DNA from: Mobula birostris
Lineage: Eukaryota
Assembly: GCF_030028105.1 (NCBI RefSeq)
Contig: NC_092378.1
Span: forward strand, 45,046,400-45,110,399
Length of the DNA stretch: 64,000 nt
Direction: 5' to 3'
Shown here: one piece after another, positions 25,842-38,454 of the stretch
Numbering within the stretch: position 1 is the stretch's first letter
How the letters are laid out: every line of letters begins with the position of its first letter
The notes under the pieces: model-generated
Seen by the model: the letters and a program-made list of their open reading frames with translations, nothing else
Told to the model about the DNA's origin: nothing
The model's database searches: none
Translations under genes and position numbers: made by a program

Positions 25842-27320
25842 ACTGAAGGAAGAGTGAGTAAGGGATTTGAAAGTGGGAGGGGGAGGGGGAGATCCTAAAT
25901 GATAGGAGAAGACAGGAGGGGGAGGGATAGAGCCAAGAGCTGGACAGGTGATAGGCAAAAGGGATATGAGAAGCTAATGGGACAGGAGGTCCGGGAAGAA
26001 AGACAAGGGGGGGGACCCAGAGGATGGGCAAGGGGTATAGTGAGAGGGACAGAGGGAGAAAAAGGAGAGTGAGAGAAAGAATGTGTATATAAAAATAAAT
26101 AACGGATGGGGTACGAGGGGGAGGTGGGGCATTAGCGGAAGTTAGAGAAGTCAATGTTCATGCCATCAGGTTGGAGGCTACCCAGACAGAATATAAGGTG
26201 TTGTTCCTCCAACCTGAGTGTGGCTTCATCTTTACGGTAGAGGAGGCCGTGGATAGACATGTCAGAATGGGAATGGGATGTGGAATTAAAATGTGTGGCC
26301 ACTGGGAGAAATTAAAATGTGTGGCCACTGGGAGAAAAAGCTCTCAAACGCATCTCCCCCATTTCACGCACATCTGCTCTCACTCCACCCTCCCGCCACC
26401 CCACTAGGAATAGGGCTCCCCTGGTCCTCACCTACCACCCCACCAGCCTCCGGGTCCAACATATTATTCTCCGTAACTTCCGCCACCTCCAACGGGTCCC
26501 ACCACTAAGCACATCTTTCCCTCCACCTCCCCGCTTTCCGCAGGGATCGCTCCCTACGCGACTCCCTTGTCCATTCATCAGCCCCCATCCCTCCCCACTG
26601 ATCTCCCTCCTGGCACTTATCCTTGTAAGCAGAACAAGTGCTACACATGCCCTTACACTTCCTCCCTTACCACCATTCAGGGCCCCAGACAGTCCTTCCA
26701 GGTGAGGCAACATTTCACCTATGAGTCAGCTGGGGTGATATACTGCATCCGGTACTCCCGATGTGGCCTTCTATACATTGGCGAGACCCGACACAGACTG
26801 GGAGACTGCTTTGCTGAACACCTACGCTCTGTCCGCCGGAGAAAGTAGGATCTCCCAATGGCCACACATTTTAATTCCACATCCCATTCCCATTCTGACA
26901 TGTCTATCCACGGCCTCCTCTACTGTAAAGATGAAGCCACACTCAGGTTGGAGGAACAACACCTTATATTCCGTCTGGGTAGCCTCCAACCTGGTGGCAT
27001 GAATATTGACTTCTCTAACTTCCGCTAGTGCCCCAACTCCCCCTCGTACCCCATCCGTTATTTATTTTTATACACACATTCTTTCTCTCTCTCTCCTTTT
27101 TCTCCCTCTGTCCCTCTCACTATACCCCTTGTCCATCCTCTGGGTTCCCCCCCCACCGTCTTTCTCCCCGTGCCTCCTGTCCCATGATCCTCTCATATCC
27201 CCTTTGCCAATCACCTGTCCAGTTCTTGGCTCCATCCCTCCCCCTCCTGTCTTCTCCTGTCATTTTGGATCTCCCCCTCCCCCTCCCACTTTCAAATCTC
27301 TTACTAACTCTTCCTTCAGT

Positions 27321-27358
27321 TAGTCCTGACGAAGGGTCTCGGCCTGAAACGTCGACTG
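27321..27358 (+). ncRNA. Minimal type-I hammerhead ribozyme motif in the PLE terminal repeat
   Basis: tagtc-ctgacga-a-gggt(ctcg)gcct-gaaac-gtc^gactg; predicted cleavage after 27353. Confidence 0.75.
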
Positions 27359-28409
27359 TACCTCTTCCTAGCGATGCTGCCTGGCCTGCTGCGTTCACCA
27401 GCAACTTCTATGTGTGTTGAGGGAATTCTGTACTTGCTGACTGTGCCCATGAACTGATGCATACCAGCCACTGCCTTTGTGAGTAGTACAGCCCTCTGAT
27501 CAGTGACTCTCTAATGATGATCCCTGTACCACAGAGCCCCTAAGATAGGACCTTACGAACACTCCAACGGCAACCCAAGCAGAGTCTATAGAAAGGTCAA
27601 CAGCAGAATGGAATGAAGCACGTTGGGGTGACCTGGCGTCATGAACCCATAATAAGCATGGACTGTAGAGTGTAACAGCTGAGCTAGCGGTGGTTCATGC
27701 TTCTCCTGCAGCTGAATGAGCGGTGCAGTCATTGTTCATCAGAGTCCAGCAGGCTCTTTAGCCCTTCCAGTCAGCACTGACCACCAACACTAACAACATT
27801 TCACTCTCCCCACATCCTCTTCCACTCCTCACAGATTCTGCCCGTCACCTAAACACTGGAGGCTAATTAACCTACCAACCTTCACATCTCTGGGAAGTGG
27901 AAGGAAATCCACATGGTCACCAAGAGAACAAGTGAACTCCTCAAAGGCAGGGTGGAAGGTCAGGGTTGAACTTAGGTCGCTAGAGCTGAGAGGCAGCAGC
28001 TCTATTTGCTGCCCCACTGCGCCATGAAAGGTCTTCACTGAAGATCGGTCCATGCACTGGAACTGGTGAGAGCAGCAACTAAAAACAAAACTTACTCTTA
28101 ATATTTAGCTTGTTTTCAGAGGGATAAGGGCTTTTGATTTCCTATGTATGTATAAACAAAGGCAGACACATACAAGTCCAACCCAATGGGATGGCCCATG
28201 TTGAATCTGAAGCCGTGGACTTCATGAGAGAATACACAGACACTAACACATGATGTTTCCTGACGAAGCATCTTGCCTCAAAACACCAATTCTTCCTTTC
28301 TTTCCATACATGCTACCTGACCTGCTGAATTCCTCCAGCATTTTGTGTGTGTTTCTCTGGATTTCCAGCATCAGTAGAATCTCTTGTGTGTCTACATGAT
28401 GCTTGATGG

Positions 28410-28950
28410 AAAGTTCCTGGGTGTCAATATCTCTGAGGATCTAACTGGGACCCAACATATCGATGCATCTACGAAGAAGGCACGACAGCAGCTATTTTTC
28501 ATTAGGAGTTTGAGGAGATTAGCTATCTCACCAAAGACACTCGCAAATTTCTACAGTTTACCGTGGAGAGCATTCTAATTGTCTGGTATGACGGTGGGGG
28601 GGAGGGGGCCTACTGCATAAGATCAAAATAAACTTAGTCAGCTTTAGCATGAGCACTAGGCTCCGTAAAATCCAGGACACCTTCAAGGACGATGCCTCAA
28701 AAAGACGACACCATCATAAAGGGCCCCCATTATCCAGGTCATTTCTTGTTCTCATGGCTACCATCAGGGAGGAGGGAGAGAAGCCTGAAGGCATGAAGGC
28801 ACATACTCATCGATTCAGGAACAGATTCTTCCCCTCTACCATCTGATACATATGTATATTCACAGTTTTTTATTATTATGTATTGCATTGTACTGCTGCC
28901 GCAAAGACAGAAACTTTCATGACATACCATATGCCAGTGAAATTCTGACC
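28410..28950 (+). mobile_element. Rex1/Babar-like LINE 3' fragment
   Basis: KFLGVNISEDL...KKARQ.LFF.R.LRR...TL.NFY and RFRNRFFPSTI motifs. Confidence 0.75.
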
Positions 28951-29270
28951 CTGAGATTTTGATTGCATTGTCATTGACCTTAAGGCACCATCTTTTTTCC
29001 CTCATGAGAGAGCTGTTAACAGCCCTTGATGAAAATGCTGCAGCTGCTTCATTAATGTGCTTGATTTAACAAAAATATTGTCAAGGAATAGAGAACGGGG
29101 AGGTTCGGAAGGGGAGAGACAGAACATTAAGACTGACAAATTATGACAGAGATGTTGATAGTGAGACTATGTGACAGATAGACCCAGAGTGAGTTCGAGA
29201 CCGAGTGAGGAAGAGAAACAGAGAGACTGAGACACAGTGAAATGGAGACAACTGTGTTCAGGCCTCATGA

Positions 29271-30490
29271 AGCATAGAAACACAGAAACACAGAAAACCT
29301 ACAGCACAATACAGGCCTTTCAGCCCACAAAGCTGTGCCAAACATGTCCTTACCTGAAAAGTTACCTAGGGTTACCCATAGCCCTCTATTTTTCTGAGCT
29401 CCATATACCTGTCCAGGAGTCTCTTAAAAGACCCTATCATATCCACCTCCACCACCGTCGCCGGCAGCCTATTCCATGCACTCGCCACTCTCTGCATAAA
29501 AATTTTACCCCTGACATCTCCTCTGTACCTACTTCCAAGCACCTTAAACCTGTGTCCTCTCGTGCTAGCCATTTCAGCCCTGGGAAAAAACCTCTGACTC
29601 TCCACACGATCAATGCCTCTCATCGTCTTATACACCTCTATCAGGTCATCTCTCATCCTCCGTCGCTCCAAGGAAAAAAGGCCGAGTTCATTCAACCTAT
29701 TCTCATAAGGCATGCTCCCCAATCCAGGCAACATCCTTGTAAATCTCCTCTGCACCCTTTCTATGGTTTCCACATCCTTCCTGTAGTGAGGCGACCAGAA
29801 CTGAGCACAGTACTCCAAGCGGGGTCTGACCAGGGTCCTATATAGCTGCAATATTACCTCTCGGCTCCTAAACCCAGTCCCACAATTGATGAAGGCCAAT
29901 GCACTGTATGCTTTCTTAACCACAGAGTCAACCTGTGTAGCAGCTTTGAGTGTCCTATGGACTCAGACCCTAAGATCCCTCTGATCCTCCACACTGCCAA
30001 GAGTCTTACCATTAATATTATATTCTGACATCATATTTGACCTACCAAAATGAACCACCTCACACTTATCTGGATTGAACTCCATCTGCCACTTTTTAGC
30101 CCAGTTTTGCATCCTATCAATGTCCCACCGTAACCTCTGACAGCCCTCCACACTATCCACAACACCTCCAACCTTAGTGTCATCGGCAAATTTACTAACC
30201 CATCCCTCCACTTCTTCATCCAGGTCATTTATAAAAATCACGAAGAGTAGGGGTCCCAGAACAGATCCCTGAAGCCCACCGCTGGTGACCAACCTCCATG
30301 CAGAATATGACCCGCCTACAACCACTCTTTGCTTTCTGTGGGCAAGTCAGTTCTGGATCCACAAAGTAATGTCCCCTTGGATCCCATGCCTCCTTACTTT
30401 CTCAATGAGCCTTGCATGGGATACCTTGTCAAATACCCTGCTGAAATCCATACAAACTGCATCTACGACTCTAGATGTAGTGTATATGGA
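29271..30490 (-). mobile_element. CR1/HER1-like LINE 3' part (RT C-terminus, 3' UTR, 8-mer tail)
   Basis: ORFs 29963..30325 (QGSVLGPLLFVIFINDLD...KFADDTK) and 29372..29923; catagaaa/cacagaaa tandem tail. Confidence 0.92.
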
Positions 30491-32618
30491 ACTTCGCATG
30501 ACTGGAACTTCCACCAGCAACCAAAAGTGCTGTCTTGTGAGTCACCATTGAACGTGAGACAGAGAGTGAAGGACTGATGGAAATAGAGATACAAGTAGAG
30601 AGATAAAAATACTTAATATACATGAGAAAATAAAGCGGAAAAAGGAATGATAGGGAGCATGAGGCAGAAGAGATGGTAGAGAGGCAGAAAGATCAGGGAT
30701 TTAGAAAAGAAAACAGAAACAGAGATAGAGAATGAGAAATGGAGTAAGGCAATGGTGAGATGGAGAAAGAATTAGTGAAGATAGAGGCAATGTGTGAGTG
30801 AAGAGAAAGAGAGGGTGAGGCAGAATGAACATAATGGAAAGTTAGAGAAAGGGCCAGGTGGAGTGTAGAATAAGTTCAAGAGGTCGTATCTGTCCATTAA
30901 AGGGAGCATTGCAGTTGCCTTGGTTCAGTAGTTGGTGAAGTAAAAACAATTTTGTTAAAGTATCATTAATGTGATCTTAAATAATATTTTCTATTCTACT
31001 AAAAAGCAGGCTTTCCAGTGATAAGATCAGAAAGTGCTTGCCTCTCACATAGTGCTGACATATCATGAGGGGATGGGGTTTTCTTGCTACTCAGAGCAAA
31101 AGACTGCCTTGTCAATCAGCTGACTGGAGTCACCCTAAGGCTCAAGCACAATGTCCCAAGTCAGAGTTCCTTGTCTTCTGTGTTAGGAAGTGAAGAAAGA
31201 AATAAAAAATATTCAACAGCAGCTCTTCAGAATCAAACTGTGTGACGGGGGGGGGGGGGGGGGGGACCAGCAGCTGTGAGAGGAATCTCCTGTTCTTACT
31301 GAGTAACAGGAGGTTGTGCCTCTTTGCCATATCTGTCCTTCGTATCCCCCACCCCCCTGCTATGACTACTCAGACCCATGGCACTTAGCATCTCTCCTAA
31401 GCATTCCAGTCCAGTTTTCTGTGTTGTGAAGTGCCCAATGCAGTCAGCATAGGGCAGGAGATGAACGAAAGAAGTATGAGAGAAGCATGTGCTCCTTCAG
31501 TCGTTTATGCTGGGTGCCTCTGCGTACTCCTAATGAAGGGTTTGGAATTGACACATGCATATCCACACCTGCTTTAGACTTTCTCTTGTGTTTCTCTACT
31601 TCCACCTTTACTTGTCCGGGACCATGATCACTTTTGTCATTTGTTGACTCCTCATGTCCAGCCATTTTCTGCTTTCCCTCCCTTCTGCCAAAATACTGTG
31701 CAGTTTTCCTATCCTCTCAGCTGACAAAGTGCCCATTGACCTGCCACTTCCTGCCAGTCACATTCCAAGGAGCTTCACTCGATTGCAGAACTGTTTTATT
31801 TGGCTCTCAAACTGTCCACTCATATCCTCAGCATGATTGCAGTGACTGTACCCTATCCGCCTTTCACCTCCATCTAGTGCCACAAGTGAAAGACCAGAAA
31901 TACAAGCACAGTCTTGTGGACTCGACCATTTTTCCAGCACAGACCCATGTGTTCCGCCACTTTCCTGGATTTAAAAACAGAAACTTTTAGAAATACTCAG
32001 CAGGTCAAGCAGCATCAATGGAGAGAGAAAATTGAAGTTTCAAATCAGAACTCAGTATGACAAAGAATCTTAAAACGTTAGCTCTGATTTTTTTCCCCAT
32101 AAACAATACCTGACCTGCAGAGTGTTTCCATTGTTTTGTATTTTCACTGCACATTTCCAGCACCTGAATCTATTTGATCCTCTCATTGATCTGTCCAGTC
32201 CTTAGAATAATGCCATCCAGAGAGTGGTCACCTTCCTACTCAATGATAATGTGTTGCAAGCTAGCCAGTAGATGGCACAAACCAAGGTCCAAAATAGTAA
32301 TGCTAAGGTCAAGGTTCATTTCTTTCTGCAGGATTACCATTGCCCAGTCAGATTTTATGTTGAAATTAGAACTAGACACTGAACAGGGTGAATAAATGGC
32401 AGCCAAATAATGACATTATCCATTTGCCATAGCTTCTCAAATTAACTTTGACTTTAACACTATATTTATAAACGCTACATGTTCCTCATTCATTATTTTA
32501 TGGAATCATTGGCTGAAAGGCATTTACAAGATCAGAAGCTACCAGGTTGAATTGTTTTAAGAAATGCCATGGCTGACAGATTGCTCATGCCACTGGGAGG
32601 CATCTCCAATCTACTGAC

Positions 32619-32769
32619 CTAGAGTTATTCGTGAGCAGTTCTGTGCCCTTGCTCCAAATGAATGTTGGCTTTGGTGCAGCCTTGGGCTTGCACTCGATGA
32701 TTGCTTTGCCTCCTCTGGCCCCTAAGAGCTTTTTCTTCACTGGATTCAGCCTGAAGTCCGGTGCCAAAG
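32619..32769 (-). CDS. CNTN1: Contactin-1-like exon (151 nt), Ig5: (A)[50 protein letters not shown]
   Basis: ORF 32585..32767(-); ctttcag|CT acceptor, AG|gtcagt donor; [12 protein letters not shown] matches human CNTN1. Confidence 0.93.
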
Positions 32770-33616
32770 CTGAAAGAAAACAGAGTAAGTTCAGAAAACC
32801 AAAACAATTGTGAAGCCTTTCACTTCTTCTTCCAACCTTTCCTTCCCTCCAAACAACATAGTTCCATTTTGTTTGTGTTAAATCACAGACAATGAAAGAA
32901 AAGGAGATGAGAAAGTTTAGGTTGGAACTATGCTACTCTAAATGGACATTCAACCCCTCAGCCTCACACAGACATTCTATTACACCATGGATGACTTGTG
33001 AAGAAAAAGAATTTCAAGATGTATATTGTAACCATTTCTCTGTCATTAAATGTACCTATTGAACTCCTAATCCACATTAGCATTATCTATGTTATGCTAA
33101 AAACCTTAAACAGAATCATACTGCCGAGAGCCCATATGCTCTTCAGCCTTGCAACATTGCTCTTAAAAATGCACCAATTAATCTCCCTCTTGCTCCTTCC
33201 TGGAAAAACAGAAACCATTAGTTTAAAAATCCTCTAAAATTTACAACTAAATCTGCCTCTATTACCCATTCAAGCCAGTTGAACTCAAATTCCTTATACC
33301 TCCCTCTGGTTTGGCTGTGAGTTATCTTAACTCTGTGTCATTTGGTCAGCAATAAATTTACTCCTGCACATTGTTTACTCTCTAAATTTCAGTAATTATT
33401 AACTCCAGCTTCTTCGCTCTGCAGTACTGAAGTCCCAAACTCCCTGGTACTTTGCATCTTCTCTCCAATCTCTGCATGGTCTTGATCCATTCCCAAAACT
33501 GATCAGTGTGTTCCAGCTGAGATCTAAGCAACGATCTTAAAGTCTTTAGCAGAACTCAGAACCAGCGATTTTCCTTTTAACTAAACATTCTGCCGTACTT
33601 TGTGATGAATACCAAC

Positions 33617-33746
33617 CCAAAACCTTGAGCTCTGCATTGGAATACAAGGATCCATGCTTGTTCTCTGCCTGGCATTGATACATTCCAGCGTCTCCCAGAG
33701 TCAGTTTCGAAATTCGCAGTTCCCCTCTGTTTATCCGGTATCGGCC
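33617..33746 (-). CDS. CNTN1: Contactin-1-like exon (130 nt), Ig4 second half: [43 protein letters not shown]
   Basis: Manual translation; gtacctag|GGC acceptor, TTGG|gttggt donor; AGMYQC.AEN..G..Y.NAELK.L motif; phases 0/1 fit the neighbours. Confidence 0.9.
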
Positions 33747-34206
33747 CTAGGTACAGTTAAGGATAGGATTACTTTCTTTGTAAATCTCAGTCCAACCAAT
33801 CATCAATGCCAGCCTTTATATGCCACGTCAGCTTCCTGTCATCTTTTCACGTCTTAACCCGTCACACCAGCTGCAGAAATAAAGGACCATCAAAACTTGC
33901 AGAGCTTTACATGATTCACAGCAACACACTGAAGTAAAGTCACTTTTACATCGAGGACCTGAGAAAGAAAGAGGCACACATTTGTAATTGCATAAAAATA
34001 AACTTGAAACTGTTAATCAAGGGAATGGGATGTCCTTCAGACTGAAGAAAGTGCTTGGTACAAAGACAGAAACATAACACTTCCAATCAACAGTTCACAC
34101 AAAATATCCAAAGAGACGTGCACTTTTCAGCTTTATGCTGTGTACAAGCGGGCACATGGCAGCAACAACAGAAATGATGAACCTCAGTGCAGGCACAGCT
34201 TCCTAC

Positions 34207-34340
34207 CCCGTATATCACTTCTCCATTTCGGAACCATCTGTAAGTGGGCTGGGGCTTCCCTCCTGCTTCACAGGGCCAGATCAGCTCACCCTCAATATCC
34301 TCAATGGTGTCATTGATGTAGCGGATCCAGTAAGGATGAG
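34207..34340 (-). CDS. CNTN1: Contactin-1-like exon (134 nt), Ig4 first half: (A)HPYWIRYINDTIEDIEGELIWPCEAGGKPQPTYRWFRNGEVIYG
   Basis: Manual translation; ttttcag|CT acceptor, GGG|gtagga donor; INDT..DI...L.WPC.A.GKP.PT.RW..NG motif. Confidence 0.9.
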
Positions 34341-37144
34341 CTGAAAAGCAGAAGAAGCCTCAGGTTAAATGATGGACAAGTGACATTGTCATTTTCAACC
34401 TTGCCCAACTAATTGCCAAAATGAAATAGAAAATCGATAAAAATGAACTGGAACCAAATCACTAGAAGTGAACTAAGTAACAAGCAATTAGGAAAGAAAG
34501 TGACAGGCAACTGAGAGGTGATCTCATTAAAAATTATTTTGCTTGTTTTTTAAGAGCTCAATGTGGCAGGGTGAGAGAACGGGTTCTGAACCAGGAGTCC
34601 GAGTATTAAAACAGCCTCTCAGGACTGACGTAGAAAAAAGTTCTTCACTCAGAATTTTAGGAATCTTTGTAATTCACTACCCACAAGGATGGTTCTATGT
34701 TGAAGATATTTAGAACTGAGAACAATAGAAATTAAGGTAATCAAGAGATAGGGGGTTGAGCAGATAAGAGGAGGTGTGATAGAAGTTGGGCCATGATCTT
34801 ACTGAACAGCTTTCCAGGCATCACTTACTACTTAATAGTACTCCTCTTCCTATTCTTTCTTCCAGTGAGGTGAACGCACACTTTTCTACCTGCCATTCAC
34901 CTAACCACTCACGCTCTCCATACCTCCTCATAAGCCATACTGCCAAAAAAAAATTCCACAATTCTACCAAGCTTCATGTCATCTGCAAAGTGTTTCACTG
35001 GCAAATTGATCCATCAGCAGCAAGGAGGACACAGATTTAATCTACTAAGAGAAAGGAAACATGCGTATGTGGTGACAAGGGAGAGGAGGATGAGAGGTTT
35101 TGTTTCATAGATCAAGTTGCTACGATCATCAATACTGGAGGCCGACTGGTAATAACTTTCTCTTTGGTGCGAAGGAGGATGAGAGGCGATGATATAGGGG
35201 AACAAGATGATAAAGAGACATAGATCGAGTAGACAGCCAAAGACTTTTGCCAGGGTGGAAATGGCTAATACCAGGGATCATCATTTTAAGATGATTGAAG
35301 GAAAGTATCGGGGGAATGTCAGAGGTAAGTCTTTTACACAGACAGTAATGTCTGGGTGTGTGTGGAATGCCCTGCCAATGGTGGTGGTAGGGAATTTATG
35401 AAACTCTTAAGATAGGCACATGGATGATAGAAAAATGGAAGGTAATGCAGGAGAGAAGGATTAGATTGATCTTAGAGTAGATAACACCACATAGTGGGCT
35501 GAGGGCCTTTACTGTGTTGCAGTGTTCTCTGTTAATCAGCTAAACAGCTTCCTCTGGTCTGAGATTCCTGTATCAGCCTCTCAACATAAAATGCATGAAA
35601 ATCACAATTCTCTCCCAGTGTTGTACTCGTGCCAAAAATGTTTCTGTGCTCTGCCAAGGATTATGTGTAAGAATATGCTCTGATTGTAGCCTCTATGTTT
35701 CCTGACACTGATTGGAGTTCAAGCTCTAATCCCTTCACTGTTCTGCAAGGCACTTGATCAGCTGTTGAATGGAAGACCTCACTGGTTCAATTAAAGCTCC
35801 TTAACAAACACTCACAGAACTGACCGCATTCACAGAAGTGTATAAATGGGATATAAAGAGTTTGACTTTGCACCAGATCAAACGTGACTGGAAAGACAAT
35901 GCTGTGGCACACAAGTACTTTAGTAATTTATTGCTCAGAATAAAATCCAGGGCCAAAATATTACTTCGGGTGGGGTGGAACGAAGTAGGTCTGGGGAGAG
36001 TTTTAAACTCATCAAGTTCTAAAGACTTTGCAACGTTTGAATTTCAACATCTTTTGACCATGAGGAATTCTAATCAACATACTTAAAATTAGAATAAAAA
36101 GTTTTTAAACTCCATCAAGGTGATTCTGCCTCAGATTCATGGAGATCGATTCCCTTTGTACATAGACAGCAGCAACATGAACAATACAGTGAAGAAGAAA
36201 GAAGCACAAGGCAACTTTAAAAACAGCTGGACAGAATATACTTTATTATATTATTATATATATGGGCACCATGGTAGCTTAGCGGTTAGCACGACACTAC
36301 AGTTCAAGGCCATGGAGTTCAGAGTTCAATCCCAGCATCCTCTGGAAGGAGTCTGCATGTCCTCCCTATGAGATGCATGGGTTTTCTCCGGGTGCTCCGA
36401 TTTCCTCCCACACTCTAATGATGTACCAGTTAGTAGGTTAATTGGTCATTGGAAATTGGCCCGTGATTAGATCAGAGGTTGACAGGGGATGTTGGGCAAC
36501 GTAGCTCAAAGGGCTGAAAAAATTATTATTTCTTGAAAGTAAACCTGACACAGTATTTTGAGACACACTTTATGAGCAGGTCTAAGGGCCCATGGTCAGA
36601 AAGGGCAATTGCAGGACCAAAGTGAGGAAGAATGCCTTCACTTCAAGGACACAGAGCGGCTGCTATGTTTGGTGGACAGACATTGGGCTCTCTATAGAAG
36701 GTGCTGAAGGCTACACTAGAGAGATGCTAATGTTGATCTTTAGGGAGGTTATAAAGGAGTCTTGCACCAGCTGAGACAGTCAACAGATACTATCTCCCCC
36801 TCGACAAATTGTGACCTAATGGTGATAGGAGTGAAACGGAACTGCACCTGAAGTTCAGCTTGGCTGCTCTAAAGAGTGATGCCAGAAAACATCAAGATGA
36901 GAACATCATCTGCAGCAACACACACAAAATGCTGGAGTAAATGAGCTGGTCAGGTAGCATCTATGGAAGGGAATAAAAATTGCCATTTGGCCTGAGACCT
37001 TTCATCAGACTGGAAAATGAAAGGGCAGAATCTACTTCACGACTATGTGTATGATGTCACAGAACTTCTACTGGGGCAGGGCTGTTCCCTCTACAGTTGT
37101 TGTCTACTGCCTCAGGGTTCTTGTGGACTGAACAATATAATCAT

Positions 37145-38454
37145 CTGTCAGAGTTGGGCATGTAAAAATTCTTTGTACGTGATTATTGACATCCTTATTG
37201 GCTGACTAAATGATTATGTTTACTATTAGAGGAAACAGCGTCATAAATGTCATCAGTTTTCCTGATTTATTATCCGAGCAGAAATGACCAAGCTTTGTAT
37301 TTCTGATAGAGAAGTATGTTCTCTCTGCCAAAATCCTTTGATAGAGTCCAATAACAAACAAGAGAAAATCTGCAGATGCTGGAAATCCAAACAACATACA
37401 TGAAATGCTGGAGGAACTCAGCAGGCCAGGCAGCATCTATAGAAAAGAGTACAGCAGCGTTTTGGGCTGAGACCTTTCATCAGGACCTTAATTCAATCAA
37501 AAATCCTTTGATAGAATTATGATGGAGAAATGGGATTGACATTTCAGTGATTATTGTTTCAGATCTAGAGTGTTGCTTGACTTTCTTGACGTTGGTAACA
37601 CTTGGTTCAAGAGATTTGATAAATGCAACTGGCAGTAGTAGTGAGCATAGTCTCTGGTTGCAGGGAGCTCAGTATAACAAACAATCTCAAGCATTGTGCA
37701 TCTTGACAAGTCAGAAGTGTGCAGTCCTGTAAGAAGAGGACTATAGTCACCAAGAGTTGAAAAGAAACTAAACTTCTCATAAAGCTCAGGCATTTCCTTA
37801 GCCAGTCTGTTTTGAGAGCCAAGTCCTGTAAAATAAATTGGTATGGCTTTCTTTTCTATTTAGGTCATTGCATAAGACTTGGAAAAGAGGTTTGCTGTGT
37901 GTTGTTGAAAGAAAATATATCTTCTCTAGCCAACTAGAAGACACCCAACAGGGGTGAAAATGAGAAATGAGAAAAAGTCAGTGGGGCTTAATTATAAAAG
38001 CTTTAGATTTTCAGAGCTGTTTAGAAAACCTAAAGGAACTTTTTTTTTTAGAATGAACATGAAAGGACAGTGCTAAACTGAAGCAAGAAAGACAATGACA
38101 AGCAACATATATACATTTTTATCCTGAACATTCAACTGCACAGGAGTCATCACCCTCAAAAGTACAAGGGGTAGAGAGTCAAGAAACACAGGAGATGCTG
38201 CAGATCTGAAATAGTCATCACTGAAATACCAATCTCATTTCTCCACCATCTGCATCAAAGGATTTTGACTGAGAGAACATGCTTCTCTATCAGAAATACG
38301 AAGCTTGATCATTTCTGCTTAGATAATAAATCAGTAAAACTGAGAACATTCATGGCATTGTTTCCTCTAATAGTAAATATAATCATTTAGTCAGAGCTGA
38401 CAGAATTAGTCAATAATTCTGTGCAAAGACTTGTCAAATGCCCAACTCTGACAG
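37145..38454. mobile_element. Fold-back/MITE-like element with roughly 280-bp terminal inverted repeats
   Basis: Ends ctgtcagagttgggcat... / ...atgcccaactctgacag; arm homology continues to about 37590 and 38178 once a PLE insert is removed from the left arm. Confidence 0.75.
37346..37499 (-). mobile_element. PLE terminal fragment with 16-bp TSD inside the fold-back element
   Basis: aaaatcctttgataga at 37330-37345 and 37500-37515; contains a decayed hammerhead (minus strand gtcctgatgaaaggtctcagcccaaaac). Confidence 0.8.

Larger units (their letters stand above)
25707..27419. mobile_element. Young Penelope-like insertion in inverted arrangement: minus arm 25707-26335, plus-strand body 26336-27419 with GIY-YIG endonuclease remnant
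   Basis: About 25743-26309 is the reverse complement of about 26851-27419; ORF 26567..26848 has GVIYCIRYSRCGLLYIGETRHRL..CFAEHL. Confidence 0.92.
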
